Source: Myxococcota bacterium (lineage in GTDB: Bacteria; Myxococcota_A; UBA796; UBA2385). From it: a stretch of 64,000 nucleotides of DNA. The notes beneath the pieces were generated by a model that was given only the letters and a program-made list of their open reading frames with translations, was not told where the DNA came from and did not search any database. A program made the position numbers and the translations under genes. Location of the stretch: assembly GCA_044344255.1 (NCBI GenBank), contig JBIJDH010000012.1, positions 1-64,000 of the forward strand. Reading direction: 5' to 3'. Numbering within the stretch: position 1 is the first letter of the stretch; each line of letters starts with the position of its first letter. Of this stretch, positions 1-7,003 are shown piece after piece.

Positions 1-2
1 CC

Positions 3-125
3 ACCATTCGGCGCATCGCCCTCAACCTCCTCAAGCAGGAGACCTCGCGGAAGGTCGGCGTGAAGACGAAGCGCATGAGGGCGGGCTGGGACAACGAATA
101 CCTGCTCAAAGTAATTGGCGGATAA
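3..125 (+). mobile_element. ISAs1-family transposase, C-terminal fragment (5' part outside window)
   Basis: Frame 3 reads TIRRIALNLLKQETSRKVGVKTKRMRAGWDNEYLLKVIGG*, the characteristic ISAs1 transposase C-terminus. Confidence 0.85.
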
Positions 126-134
126 ATGGGACGT

Positions 135-152
135 TTAGATGCGATCGCCCTG
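135..152. mobile_element. Right terminal inverted repeat of the ISAs1-family element
   Basis: TTAGATGCGATCGCCCTG just after the transposase stop; its reverse complement CAGGGCGATCGCATCTAA matches the CAGGG-starting ISAs1 end. Confidence 0.75.
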
Positions 153-211
153 CGGGAGACCAGACGTTGAAGGGTGTCCCCGCGCCCGTGCGCGTCTTCA
201 TGCGAAGATAG
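153..211 (+). pseudogene. Possible C-terminal remnant of a class III adenylate/guanylate cyclase gene cut by the IS
   Basis: 155-211 reads GDQTLKGVPAPVRVFMRR*, resembling the terminal G-x-x-x-LKG-x-x-x-PV-x-V-[FY] motif of class III cyclases; begins at the IS end. Confidence 0.45.
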
Positions 212-563
212 CGAGGTTCCCGTAGTGCGAGGGTCCCGTGGCGCCTCGACTGTGCGCGCAGTTGGTCTACACCCGCCAGGTCTTTCCCCTCCCCACCGTC
301 GCCTCCGGAGCGGCATCGGTCGCAGCGCCGGCAAGCCGCCCTCCGACCCGGCCGGCGCTGCCTCCGTGTTCGCTCGCCCCTCGCCAGCCGACACCCGATT
401 TGTTACAACCGCGACCCGAGAGTCCCCACCATACTGGGCCAGTACACGAGGGTCCTTCGATGCCTCGTCCTCGCCCCTGTCATCGCCCCGCCCGCGACCA
501 CGGCTCGCCCTATCGGCATACCGGGAGCGGCCCCTCCGCCCTGTCGCCTCGGGAGGGGACCCC

Positions 564-1841
564 GTGAGCGCCTCCTCTCCGCGGGTGGCCATCATCGGCG
601 CTGGGGCGAGCGGCCTCCTCATGGCGGGTGAGCTCTTGAAGCGGGGGCTGTCGGTCACGGTCTTTGAGGCCGAGGGCCGTGTGGGTGGAAAGTGCCTGTC
701 GGTCGAGATCGACGGCCTCCACTACGAGCTCGGCGCCACCGCTGGGGTGCTGCCCTTCTATGACGAGGTCTTCGCCCTCTCCCGCGGGCTCGGCCTCCTG
801 GACCGGCCGGTCGAGTCGGTCCTACAATACAGCCTGAGGACCGGCGACCCCCACCCCACCTCCGCCTCGCGGCAGGTCCGAATCGCGCGACAGGGGCTTA
901 AATTCGGGTGGCAGAGCCGCACGCTCCAGGGGCCGAGCCATGACGAACGAATGGATCAGCCGGCCTGGCGGCGGCGCTGGTCTGATTTCGTCGTAACGGA
1001 GGGCCTGTCGGACTTTGACGACCGCGCCGCGGGCCTCCTCGCCTCTCTGGGCTACACCTTCGGGGAGGTGCCTGCGGGATATGTCGGCCGGTTCTTTCCG
1101 CCCACTCACCTCTATTCGAGCGCTCGCGGCCCCTTTCGCCTGTGGCCCGAGGGGAGCAGCCGCATCTGGGAGCGCCTGTCGGAGCGCTTGATCGCCGCCG
1201 GGCTGGAGCTGCGCCTCGACACGCCCGTCCGCTCCATCGAAGGGGGGCCGCCGGTCCGCCTCGGCCTCGAGGACGGGGCATCCGAGACATTCCACCGAGT
1301 CATCCTCAGCGCTCCGGGGGCCCTTCCGGTGCGGGGCTTCGAGCCCCTGCAAGCGCTGCTCCGCTGGAATGACTATCGAAGCTACGTCATTCGTGCGGAG
1401 GGACTTCCGGGCGAGCGACAGGTCTGCATCCATCTCATCAAGGACAACCTCCGCGCCGAGGGAGTGGGGAGGCCGGTCTGCTGGGTGCATCCCCACCCGG
1501 AGACCGATGTCCACGTCGTCTTCGCCTGGGGGAGCCCCGATCTCGACGACGAGACCATCTATCAGAACATCCGAGCCGACCTTCAGCGCCTCTCCAGCCC
1601 CGGTAGCCGCGGCGTCACCGAGCTCCTCCGGGCGAAGCGCTGGCGTCACTTCACGCATGTGGGGAGCGAAGCCCTATCGGACGGCTATTTCGGGCGCCTC
1701 CGACAAGCACAGGGGCAGGGCGGGGTGTGGCTCGGCGGAGAGATCGGGGCGATCGCGCTGCTCTCCACGATCTTCCCGCACGCCCGGGCCCTCGCCGCTC
1801 AGGTCGCGGCGGACCTCGAGGGCTCCCCGCCGAGCGGATGA
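564..1841 (+). CDS. FAD-dependent oxidoreductase, polyunsaturated fatty acid isomerase (PAI)-like
   Basis: GTG at 564 after GGAGGGG; RVAIIGAGASG dinucleotide motif, VGGKC, YELGA, GYTFGEVPAGY and WRHFTHV...GEI motifs recall Cutibacterium PAI. Confidence 0.75.
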   Translation: MSASSPRVAIIGAGASGLLMAGELLKRGLSVTVFEAEGRVGGKCLSVEIDGLHYELGATAGVLPFYDEVFALSRGLGLLDRPVESVLQYSLRTGDPHPTSASRQVRIARQGLKFGWQSRTLQGPSHDERMDQPAWRRRWSDFVVTEGLSDFDDRAAGLLASLGYTFGEVPAGYVGRFFPPTHLYSSARGPFRLWPEGSSRIWERLSERLIAAGLELRLDTPVRSIEGGPPVRLGLEDGASETFHRVILSAPGALPVRGFEPLQALLRWNDYRSYVIRAEGLPGERQVCIHLIKDNLRAEGVGRPVCWVHPHPETDVHVVFAWGSPDLDDETIYQNIRADLQRLSSPGSRGVTELLRAKRWRHFTHVGSEALSDGYFGRLRQAQGQGGVWLGGEIGAIALLSTIFPHARALAAQVAADLEGSPPSG

Positions 1842-1932
1842 CCGTGGGCACCGCTCGCGGCCACCCACTCGAGCCGCCTGCGGGCCTCCACCACCTTACG
1901 CCAGGGGCCGCGGCGAGGTAGCCTGTCCCCCC

Positions 1933-2871
1933 ATGAACGCGCCCCAGACGGACCTCCTCGACACCCTACGAGCCCGCCTCCGTGGGGTCATCCTCGGCAA
2001 GGAGGACGTCATCGAGCTGCTCCTCGTCGGCGTGCTCGCCGGTGGTCACGTGCTGCTCGAGGACGTGCCCGGTGTGGGCAAGACCACGCTCGCGAAGGCC
2101 CTCGCCATCGTCCTGGGCCTGGAGTTCTCGCGGGTGCAGTTCACCCCCGACCTCCTCCCGGGAGACATCCTCGGCTCCCAGGTGCTCAACCCCCAGGAGG
2201 GCACCTTCCGCTTCCTGCGCGGCCCGGTCTTCACCGAGGTGCTGCTGGCCGACGAGATCAACCGAGCCTCCCCGCGCACCCAGTCGGCCCTGCTCGAGGC
2301 CATGAGCGAGGGCCAGGTGACGGTGGAGGGCACGACCTGGCCCCTCCCTCGGCCCTTCTTCGTGCTGGCCACCCAGAACCCCGTGGACTTCCAGGGGACC
2401 TACCCCTTGCCCGAGGCCCAGCTCGACCGCTTCCTGCTGCGCCTGTCCCTCGGCTACCCGAGCCACGCCGAGGCGCTGAAGATGCTCTTCGCGCACCAGC
2501 ACGCCGATCCGCTCGCGAGCCTCGTGGCCGCCACCGACCGCGCGGGCCTGCTGGGCCTCCAGGCCCGCGTGCGGGAGGTGCACGTGGAGCGCGAGGTGGG
2601 CGACTACCTCCTGCGGCTCGTCGAGGGCACCCGCCGCCACCCCAAGGTCGACCTCGGCCTCTCCCCCCGGGGGGCGCTCGCCTGCTTCCGCGCCGCGCAG
2701 GCCCGGGCGAGCCTGCAAGGCCGCGCCTATGTGAGCCCCGCCGATCTGCAGGCGCTGGCGGTGGCGACCATGGCCCACCGCCTCATCCTGGCGCCGGAGG
2801 CCCGCTACGGGGGCACCTCGCCGGCCGACATCATCGACGAGGTCGTCGGCTCGACGAGCGTGCCCGGTTGA
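1933..2871 (+). CDS. moxR: MoxR-family AAA+ ATPase
   Basis: GHVLLEDVPGVGKT, QFTPDLLPGD, LLADEINRASPRTQSALLEAM, ATQNP, PLPEAQLDRF. Confidence 0.95.
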   Translation: MNAPQTDLLDTLRARLRGVILGKEDVIELLLVGVLAGGHVLLEDVPGVGKTTLAKALAIVLGLEFSRVQFTPDLLPGDILGSQVLNPQEGTFRFLRGPVFTEVLLADEINRASPRTQSALLEAMSEGQVTVEGTTWPLPRPFFVLATQNPVDFQGTYPLPEAQLDRFLLRLSLGYPSHAEALKMLFAHQHADPLASLVAATDRAGLLGLQARVREVHVEREVGDYLLRLVEGTRRHPKVDLGLSPRGALACFRAAQARASLQGRAYVSPADLQALAVATMAHRLILAPEARYGGTSPADIIDEVVGSTSVPG

Positions 2872-4172
2872 GCCTGGCCGCGCGGCTGACCAGGCGCCTC
2901 GCCGAGACGAACTTCGCCCGGCTCAACTACATCCTGATCCCCGAGACGCACGAGGATCGTGAGCGGCTGCGGGCCTCCCGAACGGCGAAGGTCGTGGGAC
3001 CCGCGCTGATCGGCGCCTTCCGGGCGCTGACCCGCACGGGCCAGATCGTAGCCCTGCTCCTGATCTTCGTCCTCACGAGCGGGCTCGACGTGGACCAGAG
3101 CAGCAACCACCTCCTCGCCGCCGTGCTCTTCGGCGCGCTCTTCGCCTCTCTGGCGGCCCGCCGGAGCTGCGCGATGGGGAACGTCAGCGTCGAGGTGCAC
3201 GCCCCACCGCGGGTCTCGGTGGGGCAAGACCTCGTCCTCCGCCTGACCCTGCGCAACCGCGACGCCCGCGCCTACCTCGGTGTCCAGCTCGAGCGCCCCT
3301 TCCTCACCTGGGACGGGACCTGGGTGGGGCCTCGCCTCACGGTGGCGGAGCTGCCCGCGGGTGGAGACGTCACCCTCCAGGCGACCGCCCGTTTCGCCTC
3401 GCGCGGCCGCCACTACCTCGACCCCTTCTTCGCGGCCGAGACCGTGCCCATGGGCCTCGCCCGCGGCCCCGGAGCGCTGTCGGGGGGCCTGCCGCTGCTG
3501 GTGGTGCCGCGGGTGGCCCCCGTTCGGCAGCTCCGGCTGGGCCTCACCCCCCGCTTCCAGCCCGGCGGCGTGGCCCTGGCCTCGAAGACCGGAGAGTCGA
3601 GCGAGCTCTATGGCCTGCGTCCGTACCGTCGCGGCGACCGCCTACGGGATCTGCACGCGCGCTCCTGGGCGCGTACGGGCAAGCCCGTGGTGCGGGAGTA
3701 CCAGCAGGAGTACTTCACCCGCGTCGGCGTCTTCTTGGACACCGAGCGGGCGGCCACGACGGAGCGCGGCTTGGAGGCGGCCATCTCCCTGGCGGCGGGG
3801 GTGGTGCAGGCGCTGTCTCGCGGAGAGGCGCTCATCGACCTCCTGGTCACCGGCGACCGGGTGCACGCCCTGACCATCGGGCGGAGCCTCGGGACCTTCG
3901 AGCAAGCGCTGGACCACCTGGCCTGCGTCCAGCCCGGGCCCGCCTTCGACACGCCGCGCACCCTGGGCCTCCTCGCGCCCTACCTCGGGCGCCTGTCCAG
4001 CGTGGTGCTGGTGCTCCATCGTTGGGACGCCGTTCGACAGGCCCTCGCCGCTGAGCTGCGCCAGCGCGGGGTGTCGGTCAAGGCGCTGGTGGCAGGGGAT
4101 GGACCGAGCTCCCCCGACGTCACCCACGCCTCCTTTCGACAGATTGAGGGCCACGAGGGCTTCACCCTGTGA
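2868..4172 (+). CDS. DUF58 domain protein
   Basis: GLRPYRRGDRLRDLHARSWARTGKPVVREY motif; N-terminal hydrophobic segments; 4-nt overlap with moxR. Confidence 0.9.
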   Translation: MSLAARLTRRLAETNFARLNYILIPETHEDRERLRASRTAKVVGPALIGAFRALTRTGQIVALLLIFVLTSGLDVDQSSNHLLAAVLFGALFASLAARRSCAMGNVSVEVHAPPRVSVGQDLVLRLTLRNRDARAYLGVQLERPFLTWDGTWVGPRLTVAELPAGGDVTLQATARFASRGRHYLDPFFAAETVPMGLARGPGALSGGLPLLVVPRVAPVRQLRLGLTPRFQPGGVALASKTGESSELYGLRPYRRGDRLRDLHARSWARTGKPVVREYQQEYFTRVGVFLDTERAATTERGLEAAISLAAGVVQALSRGEALIDLLVTGDRVHALTIGRSLGTFEQALDHLACVQPGPAFDTPRTLGLLAPYLGRLSSVVLVLHRWDAVRQALAAELRQRGVSVKALVAGDGPSSPDVTHASFRQIEGHEGFTL

Positions 4173-4194
4173 CCGGGCCGCTTCACCCTGTGAC
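4159..4194. repeat. Direct repeat GCTTCACCCTGTGAC x2 (21-bp period) spanning the DUF58 stop / transglutaminase start
   Basis: Copies at 4159-4173 and 4180-4194. Confidence 0.85.
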
Positions 4195-6034
4195 GGGACC
4201 GCTCCGCGCTGCGGCGGGCCGCGCCATCGTCACCCTGGCGCTGCTCACGGCCTGTGCCTTGCACGTCACGGTCACCGGGCAGGTGTTCGTACCCCTCGTC
4301 GCGCTGCTCCTGGCCCTCGGGGCCACCGTGGCGGGGCCGCGGCTGGAGCTCAAGCAGGCCGCTCAGGCGCTCCTCCTCGTGGCGACGGTGCTCCTCACCT
4401 TTGGAGTGGCCCTGATAGACCTCCCCCTGAGCCACGAGGAGGGCGGGCCCAAGCTTCAGTACGTGGTGATCGCGGGGGCCGCGCTGCTCACGCTGGCCTC
4501 GCGCCTCTGGATGCGCAACCCCGAGCGCGGCGACCTGGCCACCTGGGGCATCGGGCTGCTGGTCTTCACGAGCTGCGGGCGGGTCCTCTCCCCGGCCTAC
4601 CTGCCCCTATCGGTGGCCTATCTGAGCCTGGCCTGGCTCCACACCGCCCACAGCTCCGGGGTGCGGAGCCATCGCAGCGGACGCCACGTGGCCCTGGCCC
4701 TGGCCTTGGTGCTGGGCAGCTCCGTGCTGGCCGGCGGCGCGGCCTGGGGCCTGCGGACCGCCTTCGCCAAGACCAACGCCTTCATCCTCGCGCAGGTCGC
4801 GGGGGGCGAGGTCGGCTTCGGCGCGGGGGCCTTCCGGATGGACTCCTTGGACGGGCTGCGCGACTCCACCGAGGTCATCCTCCGGGTCCATGGCCCCGTG
4901 GCCGAGCACCTTCGGGGGCAGGTCTATGCGGAGTACGAGGGCGGGGTCTGGTACCCGCCCGTCGCCCCGCCGACGGTGGTGTCAGCCGGCCCGGAGCCCA
5001 CGGGGGAGGTGAGCACCATCGAGTTCGTCTCCAAGGAGGAGGAGCGCCTCTTCCTGCCCCAGGACAGCGCGTCCGTCGCGGTGAGCCCGCCCGGTCTGCG
5101 GGTGGACGCCCTGGGGATCCCCCGGCCGGCGGGGGAGCCTCCGACGGAGGTGCGGTTCAACACCACCGGGGCTGTCCGTCTGCCGCCCGCCGCCCCCGGT
5201 CCGGCCGATCTGTCCATCTCCGCCGAGGTCGATGCGGCCATCGGGCCCCTGGTGGATGGCTGGATCTCCGGGGTGGACAGCCCCCGCGCGCGGGTGGAGG
5301 CCATCCAGGAGCGCCTCGAGGCAGACTACACCTACTCCCTGCACTACGAGCGACTCGCCGGTGAGGACCCCGTGGTGCAGTTCCTGCTGGCGTCCCGCCT
5401 CGGCCACTGTGAGTATTTCGCCTCCGGGATGGCCCTCGCGGCCCGCCACGCGGGGGTCCCGGCGCGCGTGGTCACGGGCTTCCGCGGTTCGGAGACCAGC
5501 CCCTTCGGCGGCCACCGCATCGTCCGCAGCCGGGACGCCCACGCTTGGGTCGAGGTCTATCTGGACGGGGCCTGGGAGCGGGTAGACCCGAGCCCGCGGA
5601 GCAGCCTGGAGACGGGGTCCGCCCAGAGCTTCTTGGCGGGGGCACTCGACGACCTCAAGGTGCTCTGGGAGCGCCTCGGCCTGGAGGCGCTCGCCGCCGC
5701 CCTGGTGCTCCTCTTCGTGGGGCTGCAGGTGCGGACCCTGCTGCGAGGCCGCCGCTCCCCCGCGCTCCCCGAGCACGAGGCCTGGGTGGAGGGACCCCCG
5801 GCCTGGCTGCTGCCCTTGCTCGACCCGCTCGCCGCGGCCGGGCTCTCCCGAGGCGCCGCCGAGCCGATCGAGGCCTTCTCGGCTCGCCTGGAGGCCGCAG
5901 CACAAGGCCCCGCGGGGGACCTACTCCGCCGATATGCCGCGCTTCGGTACGGGGGACAACAAGACCCCGGCGCGCTGGCCCAGGAGGTCCGGACCTGGCG
6001 CCTCGCCCCGAGGCCACCCGCCGAGGGCCCCTGA
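4169..6034 (+). CDS. Membrane-anchored transglutaminase-like protein (TgpA/DUF3488-like)
   Basis: Multiple N-terminal TM helices; GHCEYFASGM, GVPARVVTGF, HAWVEVY and VDPSP (Cys-His-Asp triad). Start could be the duplicated GTG 21 nt downstream. Confidence 0.9.
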   Translation: MTGPLHPVTGPLRAAAGRAIVTLALLTACALHVTVTGQVFVPLVALLLALGATVAGPRLELKQAAQALLLVATVLLTFGVALIDLPLSHEEGGPKLQYVVIAGAALLTLASRLWMRNPERGDLATWGIGLLVFTSCGRVLSPAYLPLSVAYLSLAWLHTAHSSGVRSHRSGRHVALALALVLGSSVLAGGAAWGLRTAFAKTNAFILAQVAGGEVGFGAGAFRMDSLDGLRDSTEVILRVHGPVAEHLRGQVYAEYEGGVWYPPVAPPTVVSAGPEPTGEVSTIEFVSKEEERLFLPQDSASVAVSPPGLRVDALGIPRPAGEPPTEVRFNTTGAVRLPPAAPGPADLSISAEVDAAIGPLVDGWISGVDSPRARVEAIQERLEADYTYSLHYERLAGEDPVVQFLLASRLGHCEYFASGMALAARHAGVPARVVTGFRGSETSPFGGHRIVRSRDAHAWVEVYLDGAWERVDPSPRSSLETGSAQSFLAGALDDLKVLWERLGLEALAAALVLLFVGLQVRTLLRGRRSPALPEHEAWVEGPPAWLLPLLDPLAAAGLSRGAAEPIEAFSARLEAAAQGPAGDLLRRYAALRYGGQQDPGALAQEVRTWRLAPRPPAEGP

Positions 6035-6208
6035 GCCGGGAGTCCGCCTCAGCGCGGATCGAAGACGAGGTCGGTGGGGACGAGGGCCGCGTCGCTGGTG
6101 GCGTCCATGGTCGCATCCCCGGTGCCCTGGTCCACCGCGAGTCTCCAAGTCCTCCTCGGGGACGCTCTGACGGCCTCCGAGGTGGCCTCCCTGCCAGAGG
6201 TCACCGCC

Positions 6209-6901
6209 TCAAGGGCCGTCCGCGTTCGCTCCCGGATGAAGGGCGCCCACACGCCGCGCCCAGTCTTCCAGCAACATGCGCGCGCCCTCGGCTTCCTCCC
6301 GGGAGGCCGGCACCTTCGCGGTGGCCTCTCTCAGCAGGCTTCGAGCCCGGTGCAGGCGGCTCTTCACCGTCCCGGCGGGGATCTGGAGCACCTCCCCGAG
6401 CTCCTGGACGCTGAGCTCCTCCCAGTAGTAGAGCTCCAACAGCACCTGCAGCTCGACGGGGATGCGCTGGAGGGCCGAGAGGAGGACCCGCTGGTCGGCG
6501 CGACGCGCCGCGACCGTGGACAGGCCGGGCGCGAGGTCGATGAGGGCGCTCTCTCGGAAGTCGGGCTCGACCATCCCCTTGCGGACCTGGCCGCGGATGT
6601 GCTCGTAGAGCATGTTGCGCGCGATGCCGAAGAGCCAGGCGCGCACGGAGCCCTGACCTCGGAAGCAGCCGGCCCCCTCCGCCGCGGCGAGGAAGGTTCG
6701 CTGGATCAGGTCGTCGGCGTCATCCCCGGCCTTGTTACGAAAGAATCGGACCATCGCGTCGTAGTACTTCTCGACGAGCATGGCGCCGGCGCCGCGGTCT
6801 CCCCCCGCCCAGGCCTGGAGGAGGAGGCCGTCCTCGGAGGGGGCGGTCGCCGCGGCTGTGTCGGAGGGGAGAGGCGGGGTGAAGGCGGCGGCGTCGGGCA
6901 T
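6209..6901 (-). CDS. ECF RNA polymerase sigma factor (sigma-70 family)
   Basis: DADDLIQRTFL and VRAWLFGIARN (region 2); LELYYWEELSVQELGEVLQIPAGTVKSRLHRAR (region 4). Confidence 0.93.
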   Translation of the reverse strand: MPDAAAFTPPLPSDTAAATAPSEDGLLLQAWAGGDRGAGAMLVEKYYDAMVRFFRNKAGDDADDLIQRTFLAAAEGAGCFRGQGSVRAWLFGIARNMLYEHIRGQVRKGMVEPDFRESALIDLAPGLSTVAARRADQRVLLSALQRIPVELQVLLELYYWEELSVQELGEVLQIPAGTVKSRLHRARSLLREATAKVPASREEAEGARMLLEDWARRVGALHPGANADGP

Positions 6902-7003
6902 GACGGGTGACTCCGGCGTGGGCGACCGCTGTCCGGTGCATTTGTGGGTAGGTGTTCGGGCGGGCAGATCGGTTCACGACAGTTTGCGGATATCTTCGGC
7001 GCC

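Noticed and set aside
396..444. AT-richer patch and TACTGG-G-CCAGTA inverted repeat upstream of the flavoprotein
   Set aside because: Could be a promoter or operator but is too short to support
1933..6034. MoxR-DUF58-transglutaminase operon as a novel system
   Set aside because: A widespread, already recognised gene triad; nothing unusual beyond the junction repeat
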